Source: Bugula neritina (taxonomy: Eukaryota; Animalia; Bryozoa). From it: DNA of 64,000 nucleotides. Below are positions 47,296 through 59,600 of this stretch, in pieces. Location: positions 9,864,973 to 9,928,972 of the forward strand of contig OZ037770.1 of NCBI GenBank assembly GCA_964035545.1. Reading direction: 5' to 3'. The stretch's first letter is position 1. Each line of letters begins with the position of its first letter. The translations under genes and the position numbers were made by a program. The notes under the pieces were generated by a model. It had not been told where the DNA came from and did not search any database. It was given only the letters and a program-made list of their open reading frames with translations.

Positions 47296-50200
47296 ATGGC
47301 ATTGTCAACGCAGAAGTCCACCACAAGTTTCATTGAAGAAATCGACTATAATGAATTAGAAATTGGACAGGTATCAATTAGACTTAGTTAAACTTATTAG
47401 AATTATTCCATCGTTTCCATGCTCGTAGTCATACTCAGACTGAGACTCCTAGTGATACTCATACTCATAGTCATACTGAGTCGTATGCTCATAGTAAATC
47501 TCAATGTCATTTGATACACTTACAGCGATACGCAGTACAGAGTACTCATACTTGCGCTGATCATGGTGGTGGTATTAATTAAGAATAAGTGGCGCAGTTA
47601 TAGTGATATACCTATCCCACATTGACATAATCATAATGCTATTGATAGTCATAAAGATATCGACAATGATAATTGATAACATGAAAATTAAGTTTAACCG
47701 TAACATAACGTCATATTTTAATTTGATAATCATAATTATAAATTATTATAAGAAATTTTAATTATATTTCATCATTATAATATTCAAACATCATAAACTT
47801 AAGCATTAAGATAATCACAATAAAATTGAAATAAAATAATAATAAACTAAAAATAACAAAAATGAATTTATTAGAACAAATGAAATTGAAAGTATTATTG
47901 ATTTAATCCACATGAATGTTGAACTGAAAGTAAAAGTATTAATAATTGACCTATATAAAATGCTACCAGTATTTCTATGAGGATGACTAAGACTATCAGT
48001 TTGGCTTTGTCTTTAACTATTGAAGAATTCATCTTCACAGTCAATGTCATAAATGATTATGATAATAGTCTGTAAGACTTAATATAAGTATTAGTATATA
48101 TATGCTATTGCCATTGTAGGTCATATTTGATTTTAATTTATAAATATAATTATATAGGACATAGGTATTGTAACAGTAACAGCAATGATTAATATAGTAT
48201 TTTCAAAATAATGATGTTGATCAGCAATCTAGCAACTTCAACCTGGTAGTTAATTAGGTAAAATTGAGTGTCAGTTACATTTATACTCTGGTAGAATCAA
48301 ATTATTTTTTTCAAGACTTATGGCAGACCATCACCATTGTTACAATAAAACCTAACTAATCAAATGTTCTTTTTTACAAATTTTTGAATTCAAAATAATA
48401 AGTGTAGGTGTTAAAGTGCTAATAGTGATAAGTAGTATGCAAAATTGCTACAAATGCATAGTGACAGCTGATTCACATTACCATTAGATCAATGCTATGA
48501 TTATGATTAGCCTTTGTCAATGGTGAAAAGTTAATGTTGAAAGTCAAGTATTGTTAAGTCTAATAGCATTAGTAATATGAATACTATTAGTTGTAAAATA
48601 TATTTTCAATTTCCTAGGTGGTGGGAAAAGGAGCATTTGGAGTTGTGCAAAAAGCAATATGGCGGGGCATGACTGTAGCCATCAAACAGACAGAAACTGA
48701 AAATGAGAAGAGAGCTTTTGTCACAGAGTTGAAGCAGTTGTCTAGAGTTAGTCATGAAAATATCATTAAACTTTATGGCAAGTATCTCTATTTTAACTTC
48801 CTATTCTTAAATATCAATAGCTTGCTTAGAGTAGCCAGGCAATCGATATCAAGTTTGTAGTTTTAATGCAATTGCTATTGCTCGTGCAAAACCTAGCCCA
48901 GTATTTCTCTATGTATGTATGAGGCTCATGTTAACTGACTTACAGGAGCTTCAACGAAATACCCGGCGTTTTTAATGATGGAGTTTGCCGAGTGTGGTTC
49001 ATTGTATAATCTGCTCCATGGTCCTGAACCAATGACTGCTTATGAAGCAGCTCATGCCATTAGTTGGACTTTGCAGACAGCTCTCGGTGTAGCTTATTTA
49101 CACAACATGAAACCCAAGGCTATAATTCACAGAGATCTTAAGCCTCCCAAGTAAGTTTCTATCAAATCTAAACCATGAACCTTGAACTTAGCTGTTGGCT
49201 CATCAAATACTCACTAGAACATATCTTACTGGCTACTCCTTTTGAAAGACTTGTTTCAATCACGAGGTTGTGAAATCTAAATTGAGCATATTAGATACAA
49301 AATTATTTTTTCAGAGAAGTAATCACTTGGACACATATGTTTTTGGGTTGATTTCCTTCTCTTTTATTTTATTGCTTTTTTTACTGTTAAATAGTTTGCT
49401 TCTGGTGAAAAAAGGTATGGTTGTGAAAATCTGTGATTTTGGTACGGCAGCAGACATTCAAACACACATGACCAACAATAAGGTAAGTTCATCTCAGGTA
49501 TATACTGATAAGATGGTAGAGAACCATAGCAGCTGTAAATACACTGAACTACTACAGCTTTACATGATCAGTCTTTTCTATACAATGTAACGTATATACA
49601 GCTGCAATCAACGCAGACTTGTCACATCACTGCGATAGAGACGGTCTGGCTATTAACAACGAGCTTTCCAAAGGAACCAAATTATGTATATACTGCCACT
49701 TTTTTCTCTTTCACTTTTTCTCGACATCCTTTTCTTTTTTTGCCTTTTGTCCCTTCTTGTGTATACTGTCTCCACTATATTTTAAGTTGAGAAGTTTTGT
49801 CTTACATAACTTGTATGTAGATCTGTTGCTGTCGGTTCTAGGGCAGTGCTGCCTGGATGGCGCCCGAGGTGTTTGAAGGCAACAAGTACTCAGAGAAATG
49901 TGACGTCTTCTCGTGGGGAATTGTTCTCTGGGAGTGTCTGGCCAGACAGAAACCGTTTAATGACATTGGCGGCTCTGCTTTCCGTATCATGTGGGCTATA
50001 CACTCAGGTGATTGCATGTGTTTGTTTGTTTGATACTTTTATTCTTGTTTTGCTAAAAATTTAAATATCAAAAAATGTTACTGTTATGTACGGCGTTTTT
50101 TTTTCAAACTAGGAGTGGTTAGTAATAATATAGTTGATTATTCATGCATTGCTGTTTACTCTGCAATGACTTCTGAACCTATCAACTTTTAGTATGATTT

Positions 50201-53200
50201 GATTTATAGTTGCTAAATTCATTAGATATAAAAATATGTGCAGTGCAATTAAATTCTGACAGTTTAGGATGACACTAGTGTTTAATGATGTATATGTATG
50301 CTGTATATGTACATGTATATGTAATTATGTAAATGCTGTTGTAATCTCAATGATGCCTCTTTTAATTTTGCTCTGCTGTAGTAGTGTATCTATTTTTACA
50401 TTGGTGGTAAAGTACATGGTTTTCAAGCCTTTTAGTAATATTTACTTAATTATAATGTACAAGTAACAAATACTTAAACATACAAGTAACAAATACTTAA
50501 ACATACAAGTAAATATGTACTTGAATGTGCAAGTAATAATGTACTTGAGTATACAAGTAATAATGTACTTGAGTATACAAGTAATAATGTACTTGAGTAT
50601 ACAAGTAATAATGTACTTGAGTATACAAGTAATAATGTACTTGAGTATACAAGTAATAATGTACTTGAGTATACAAGTAATAATGTACTTGAGTATACAA
50701 GTAATAAGGTACTTGAATGTAAAAGTAATACTGACCTAAATATGAAGGTAATATTAATAGTCCTAATTGTCTAGTTGCAATGAAAAGCCTTTTCATTCCT
50801 ATTTGTAAACTTGTTGCTGATAGAGTTACATTGTGTTACAGGCACCAGACCCCCTCTGCTCAGAGGGATGCCCAAATCTCTGGAGAAATTGATGACCAGA
50901 TGCTGGAGTAAGAATCCCTCAGAGAGACCTAGCATGGACGAAGTAAGTCAACCATCTAACAGTCTTTCACATTATACTAGTTTATATCAGGTGTACTTTG
51001 TAATCATTTCTTGATGAAAAAGCTAGATAGGAACAGAGATAGCTGGTAAAGGAAGGCTAAATGTAGAGATGATGGGAAGATGTTTGATTAAACTAAATTG
51101 AAACAATGATTGTCGCACAGACAGACTGCTATGATGATGATGACCTTGTAACTAATTCTTGTACTTCATGACATCTGATGATTGTGCCAGGAAATAGCAT
51201 TAAATATAGTTATGAAACTTTTTTCTAATGTTTTTCTAATTCTTGCATTTCATGGAAGTAAATGTTTGTCCAAGAGAGTGGCATTAATTTTTTTCTGATT
51301 ATATTTGAACCCTGGTATGTATAATGTAACATAATAACAATAGTTTTTATCAACGTCGTATAAATCCTACTCCATAGTATCGTAAACTTTCACATGGTCT
51401 TTTCTGTTACAGATTGTTCGAGTAGTGAGTCAGACTATGCCATTTTACAAGGATAAGTTGTCTCCTCTCATCTTCCCCGGAACAGTGGCCAGTGATGATA
51501 ATAACACAGGCAATTCCAATGGCTCGGAATCCTTACGGATAGATGATATACTGTATAAGGACCGTAGGACGCCCAGTCCTGTGAATGTAGGGGACAGAAC
51601 CAATACTGCAAGCAGTAGCTCCACGGCTAGGAGTAACAGCAGGTCTATCAGTCATAGAGATAGCGAGGAAGTTCTGATTCCGCCTCTCCAAATTGACCCG
51701 CCCCCTGTCACTGTTGAAGAGGTCAGTTGATGTTATAGAATCCCCGACGCACTTTGTCTCTATGTAGCTTGAAAATTATCCGTGCATATCTTAGCTGTCA
51801 TCTACATACTTGTATGCTGGAATAATTTTGTTTTATGATAAATTCTGCACTCGTGTTGATGACTTTCCAGTCGACTATGAAGTCTATGGTATTATAAAAC
51901 TAATAGTAATTACTGCTAACTTTCATTGCATGCTATTTTTAGCTGAAATGGAAGTTCAAAGTTTAACTTTCAATTGTTGAGCCGTATTAGTTTTATAATA
52001 CTATAAACTCTAGAACTAACTGGAAGCTTTATTAGCATCGGCACAGGTTTCTTATAAGACAAAACGTTTTGAGTATACAACCCTCAAACAGTCTGCAAAT
52101 GATGGCTAAATGTAAATGAATATTTTGATAATGTATAAATGAAGTGTGTCAGGGACTCTTTCAGTAAATTAATTTTTGATGTCTATAGAAACGACATCAA
52201 TGTGAAGATAGCTTTGCTTTTTGCGAAATATTACAATTTTTCTGCTCTTGAATATTACACTAGGCCTAAGTCTACCGATGGACCTAATATCTAGTGCATT
52301 GATTATTAGTCGGAAGTTTGCTTTTCATGAGCTGCTTAACTGTTTCAGACTGAGAGACCAAGTATGAGGTCGGTGTCTTTTGTGTCTTCCCCCAGCCGAG
52401 ATGAAAGAGACTCGTCACCTGCAAGCACTATGATGAACCGAGCTCCGGTGACATGTGCCACACCTATAAGGGGTGTTTCTTTGGCACATACGTCCAGTGC
52501 TCCTCTAATACATACGTCATGTGCTCTTTTGTCACAAACTTCAGGTGCTTCTCCGACACATATGCCAAGTGCTCCTGTGTCACACACGTCAGGTGCTTCC
52601 CTGACACACACATCGGGTGTCACAGCTGCTATGACAGGTGCCACAGTTGCTGGGGCACCTGCCACTTGTTCCTTTGCCATTGGTACTTCACCTGTGACAA
52701 TGACAAGCTCTGCTGGAGATATGTATTCACCCCGTAACGTCATCATGAACTCCAATGCACAGGTTTGCGTCATTTTTCTTTTATGTATTTTTTTGCAAAA
52801 TAGTCTTTTTTAAAGTTTAAGCCTATTTTTTATCTATTTCATATTTTCCAATGAATACGATGCTCAGTTCAGTGATACCAATTTATGTCAAAATTTGCAA
52901 GTTGACAAATTGTATAATAAAAATACATTCTCTCAAATAAAAGCAAATAAAACTTGATTTAAATTTTTGGTAAACCTTATTTTATTACCTATAGGTTTGT
53001 ATGTCTGCTACGATATTTGTTTTTTTCTATGGCGGTCATGTGATGCAACATTAAATTTTTTCTGAGTGCTTTTCATCAGTCATAATGTGTTGTGATTATT
53101 TCTAATCAACAATTTGTCCACCCAACTATCTTAATATATGTTATATATATTATATTTATTTGGTACAGTTTTTGCTGCAGTTATTCACTTATTACAGAAG

Positions 53201-53563
53201 AGGTTTTCTGCTGATATGGAGCCGTTATTCCCACTCTTGGAAAACGTTAGCTTGGCTGATTCACGTATGTAATCTGAGTTCACTGTGTACCTTATACTGT
53301 GGTTACTGTGGAGTATAATATGTTGGTTTTATATATATGTGTGTGTGTGCGTGTGCGCGCGCGTGTGGTGTGTGCGTGTGCGCGCGTGTAGTGTGTGCGC
53401 GCGCGTGTGGTGTGTGCGTGTGCGCGCGCGTGTGGTGTGTGCGTGTGCGCGCGCGTGTGGTGTGTGCGTGTGCGCGCGTGTGGTGTGCGCGTGTGGTGTG
53501 TGCGTGTGCGCGCGTGTGGTGTGTGTGTGTGTGTGGATATATATATATATATGTGTGTGTGTG

Positions 53564-53611
<48 letters not shown>

Positions 53612-56600
53612 TATATATGTGTATATGTATATACAGTGCTGTGAAAAAGTTTAAGGACGCTTGCAGAAATTTCTATGTATCTTGTTTAATAGGCATTTCT
53701 TGTAAGTTCTTAATATTTTCCTGCAAGTTCTATATATCAAAATGACTCTTAGAGTGTGCTCTACAATTTCCACCTTATAGATTCTTTCTATTGTGATATT
53801 TTCTACCCATTTTTGGGCCAACTGCACAAGCAGCTAGGGAAGCACAACTCCTGTATTTTTATGTAGCCAAAGTTTATCGACTTATAACCACAAAAGGCTA
53901 AATAGTGAAATTTGACTTTGTGCATGGCATCATGATATCATAAAGTATGACTTCCTTTTATAATTTGAAATATGTCATTTAGTTGTGAGCTTTTACATGG
54001 TGTCCACTTGGGTGCTGCGCATAGACTAAATGAGAGCTGTAAATCTTCTTTCAGAGGCAAAGTTTGTAATAATTTTCTTGCACAAAGAAGGTTATTCAAT
54101 TAGGAAAATATCTGAAAAGGTTGGCAAAGCAAAGACAACTGTACATCAAATTATCAAGAAGTTTATGGACACTGGTAATGTAGCAGATGAACCTGAAAAT
54201 GGCCGACCAAAAATAAGCACACCCGAGATGACAAGGTTCTCATTGAGATCAGCAAGAAAGATCGCCATAAAACAAGTCTTGAGTAGGCAGGGAATAGTCA
54301 GAATCAACAGGAACACCAGCTTCGACATCCCTGATAAGGCAAGATTGCTGAGCCATGGTTTACATGGCCGCAAAGCAAGAGGAAGCCTCTACCTACGGAG
54401 AAGCAGCAATAAAGCCGATTACGGTGGGCCAGGGAGCATGGTAATTAGACAGTGAATGATTAGAAAAAAAGTAATTTTTTTCAGATGAATCCATATTTAA
54501 TGTGAACAATCATGCTGGGAACTGTTGTGTAAAAAGATACCAGTATGAGAAATATAGCCGTCAATGTATACTTACAACAATTAAGCACCCTATAATCAGT
54601 GTTTTATTCTGTGGTTTTATAACATCAAAAAGTACAGGTCGACTCAGTATTTGCTCTGGAATGACGTTAATACCCAAAAATATATAGATAATCTCAATGC
54701 TAAACTTCTTCCAATTATGAAAAGCTTTTTTTAAAATAAAATTTACATATTTCAAGATGACAATGCACCATGCCATCGGGTGAAGACTATTCAAGAGCGG
54801 ACGAAAAAGCAGAGGGTCTCAACGCTCAACTGGCCAGCACGAAGCCCTGACTTGAACCCTATAAACAAATTATGGTCAAGAATGGCTAAAATAGTCTCCT
54901 CAAAGAAGCCAACAATTGAGGTGACACTCATAGAGCCTGTAATGCATGCATAGCATCATGTCGTGACTGAAAACGAGTTGAAGAAGCTGTACGAGTCGAT
55001 GCCTCCTCACTGCCGACTTGTGATTAAGAATAAAGGCTGACCAACAAAATACTGATACTAAAATTGAGTGCACTGTATGTTGCAATGCTGCTATAAGGTG
55101 TATAACAAATCACATATAATATTTTTCTATATTTTAAGTAAAATATTCTGATGTCATACAGTACACACAAATTGTGAGAGTATCGAATAATTTCCATATA
55201 CGGATAGTATCTCATTGTTTCACCCAAATCTTTGGAGGATGTAAAAGGAGACACTTATAATTTCTATGAATAAGATAAGGAGATCGTAAAGATCATTTTG
55301 ATAGGCACCATGCCCATGGAAATGCTTTAGTTATGTCTTAAAATTAGCTAGGGACATTGCTATTATGGAAAACAGGGAAGCGTCCTTAAACTTTTTCACA
55401 GCACTGTATATATATATGTATATAGATTACAGGGAGTGTATATATAGATAGTATGTAGGGAGTGTATATATAGATAGTATGTAGGGGGTGTATGTATAGA
55501 TAGTGTATAGGGAGTGTATATATATAGATAGTATATAAGGGGTGTATATGCAGATAGTATATAAGGGGCGTATATGTGACCAGTCGCGACAAAACCGGGG
55601 ATGTGGCGGCGTTTGTAAAGTGTAGTAAATGAAGGTTTAATTTGGATATACTTAAATTTGAAATTAATTTCCAGTTTTTAGGTTTTGAACTATTCTAATA
55701 CAAAAAATCCAAGGATTTCAAAAATCATACTTTCGTAAGCATTTGATGATTCCTTCAGCTCCAAAATTGCATTTAAAGTTGGTAACTAAGGCATTCAATT
55801 TTTTAAATAGTGAAAAAATTGCGAAGTTATCAAATAAAGAAAGAAGACAATTTTAGTCATTTTCATAGCGCAAGATCTTGCAAATTTATTTTTTATCAAA
55901 TGAGTTTAGCTTACACCTCTTTCTTCGCATTGTCAGAAGCATCGTATTTAAAATCGCAGGCTAGTTTTAGTTTTTCATCGTGCTCCATCCAAAATTAACT
56001 TTTAAGTTACTGAGCTGTTTTGCCCTTTGGTGATAAAATGCTAAACTTAATCTTTATCTTCAGCGTTCAAGCTTGAAAATCACAACAATACAGGTAATTA
56101 TACTCAAAACCATCCTTTACGCTATTAACTTAGAATTGTTGCCAGGATTATTTGTAGTTATCAATTTATTAATATTCATACTATCACTAGGAGTATGTCT
56201 ATTCTTATTCTATACTACTAGTACTACTACTCAACTAGTAACTATTTAAATGACTCTCACTATGACTCACAGTTTGAGGTACGGTTACTCATAATGATAA
56301 TCATAATAAATATTATTCATGATTTACTGATACTCATACTGGTATTTGGCAGTAAAACCAAATGTAGCTCATTAATATTAATAGTATAACTATAAGTAAT
56401 AATTAATATTTAAATAATTATAAATTCACTATTTGAGTCTGACTCTGAGTTTCGCCTTCGGTCTTAAAACTTGATACTTATACTGATAGTATTATATTTA
56501 TTGATTTATTCTATAGTTTATATTTAAATTTACATTGGACTTATTTTTAGTAACTTTTAGCCTCTGTCTTAGATTTTGTGAATACAGTTACTGATTACTA

Positions 56601-59600
56601 TTACTATTACTATTAGTATTAACGTTAGGCCTACTAGTCAAACTACCGTTTTCTTTTGTGATTTTCAAATTAGCTCAAAGTTTGATTTAAAATATAATGA
56701 TAAAATCTTTATCACATTATGCAGGCTTACAGTTACTGTCAAAACTCAATTGGTAATCCTATTTATATTGATAAAAGCATCACCTATAACCAAATTGAAA
56801 TAGTAAATGTGATTAAATGTAAATGAATATAATGATGAAATATTAATGCGAGTTCATATTGGTTCTATAGTTGACTGACTTAGTTCTTTAGTAAGTTACT
56901 TTTAGTCTTATTTAGTGAGTAGTAACACTAACTGAATGCATAAATAGTCTAAACTTTTTAATTTTATTATAAAGGATGAGCAAACGTTTATTCATATTTT
57001 AAAGTAATTTATTGAATTCAAATTGATTTTATAGTAAATGTCTTTAATATATTCAGTTGCATTTAGCTAGCTTCTTTACTCAATCAAATGCCTGAGTGGT
57101 TAATAGTTATCGAAAGACATTGCTTCAAAATTGCCAATTGCAGATATGCTAGATATTCAAGTGCATAATGTGTAATTTTACTGATAATACTATGTTAATA
57201 TAGAATAATATGATATTCTGTACATTTTAGAAAGTGGGCTTATGAGAGCATTAGAGTGAAGACTTATACCTGCACAACTCTACTACCTATCAATCTAACA
57301 CTCCTAATGTAGACACTCTGAATTTTGGCTTGCAAGGTTATGGCTTCTGCTTATTTCATTCATAAAAAGGTTTGCAGTCTTTTAATGATGTGCTTAAAAA
57401 TTTTCAACAATTTTTTTAATTTAAATTGTTTTGTTTAATTCAATACATTTAAATGTTGATAAAATGCAGGATGACAATTAACTGCTGCCATAATAGTACC
57501 ACAAGAGTGTTTAACCAACTAAATTTTTATAATATAACTGCGTATAATTTCTAATCAAGCTACCGTTTTCTTTTGCTATTTAAAAAAGTCAACATTGTAC
57601 TTGCAGCTCTGGAATAGACAATAGATGGGTAGATTGGCAGAATAGATGTCAAGTAGCAGCATCTATAATTGCTAGAAAATCAGCTGATGATAGTGATAAA
57701 GCTTTTGCCACATACATGATGTTATGTGTCCATACTCTGTAAACTCATATTATGAAGACCAAGGAAGTAGAAAGATGAAAAGTGCCTTTTTTTGCAAAAA
57801 CCGCAGAAGCTACCTAATTTTCTTTTCTTGATTAGAGTTAATTCAAACATAATGGTTGTATCCAGGCTGGATTTGTTACTGCATTTAATTAGTTTTTTGA
57901 AATAATGTATTTGATGTTCTAAATGTGAATATTAATGCCTGATAAAACTCAAAAGTTCTAATCGCTGATTTTATGTTTATAATTTCAACATCAATTGCTA
58001 AATTTAGTTGCCGTTAAAGATTATAAAGATATTTATGAATGAATCTCAAATGATCTCATAATAGTCAAATAATTTTCTCATAAGTGTTCTACTCATTAAG
58101 CAATAACTATGAAACAGCACAGCTCAATAGCTGCAGTTCGATATATTACACAATATATTAGAGGAGAGGAAGATATTCAATGTATAGCAGAAAGCAGCTG
58201 CCATTTTGTTTTATATGACTTCCTGCTGACTTGGATGCCTAATTTAAATATCTCAACACACAAATTTGCTGAAACATCCTCTTCTTTGCTGGAATTGTTG
58301 AACCTTTCAATCATTGAACAAAGTAAAAAGCAAATTGACAAATAAATTAGACAAAAAGTTTGGCGGCCATATTTGACCTAATTTTTATGTTGAGGCAGCA
58401 TGAAATTGAGTTTAACAGAAAGCCCAAACTTTCACAATTATTTTGGTACCAAATTTGTCACTATTCCCATCATACAAAGACCCGTTGCTAAGGCTTGTAA
58501 ATTTTAAACAAATAATTCTCAACTTATTCTAGAGTTGCCCACTTTAAACGCGATTTTCTCAAAACAGTAATTTAGAAATTCTAAAAACTTTAAAGTTTAT
58601 AAATACTGATATCTCGAGTTCTATTTATGCTAGAGACTTCAAATAAAGTGCAAAATGTTTGAAAAAGTCTGCTCTATCACTCCATAGTAATAACTAGGTT
58701 TTCAACATTTTATATACATCCCTTGTTTTGTGGTGCCAGGTCACATATATAGATGGTACCATGAGTATATAAGGTATACATACACCATAAAATCTGGGGA
58801 CTACTGGGTGTATCTTGCGCCTGTTGGATTAACTTTATTCGTCTGCTGATTCCATTCTAACTATAATCACCAATTGCTGCAAGATTAAATCCTTTCATTA
58901 GCTGGTTTTATAGTTGGAGAAAGAAGTAAGGGTGGTCAATTATGTGCTGCCCACAATTAATATGCATGGTTTCATGGACACATAATTTGTATTATTCTAT
59001 AAATTATAATTTCTTTAAATGCACCAATAGTTTTCCCAAAGATTCAGATGAAGTTACTCATTATTTTAATTCAATATCAACACTCATCTTTAGTTCACTT
59101 AACTTTTTGATTTATGCATTTGACTCTGCTCATAGTGTGTTGAAAAATTAATATGAAATCAATATGCTTGGACATGCCACTCAGAAGCTGTATTTAGCTG
59201 ATATTCAAGATATATGTGAACAATTTAATACTAGTTACATAAAATATGTAACGTGGCAGGGATTCTTTAAATGCGCTATGTGTGACTAGGTGATACCATT
59301 TTGGGCATGTCTGTATGTCTGTCACTAAAATAAAAAATAACCTCAAGCTTTCTGATTATATAACGAAATCTAAGCAACAGAAGACCTTTAACAAATTGTA
59401 CTTGATCTGTGCTTTTATTGTCATAGCATTTTCACTTGACTGTCTTTTGTCCTTTGTCCATAACGTGGTGCATAGATGTGGATAGTGTCTTGCTTGTTAT
59501 CATAGAGGTTTTACCTGGTTGAAATCTCAACACATTAAAACTAGTATGGGATTCTACCTATCAACAACTCGAATCCTCCTTCGGTCTGAGCTTGTAGATA

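Noticed and set aside
50455-50730. 24 bp palindromic repeat array as a CRISPR array
   Set aside because: Units are head-to-tail with no unique spacers, there are no cas genes, and it lies in a eukaryotic intron.
52345-52773. Antisense ORFs opposite TAK1 exon 8, the zinc-finger exon and the Gypsy region
   Set aside because: They are shadow frames of GC-richer or repetitive coding sequence with no independent motifs.
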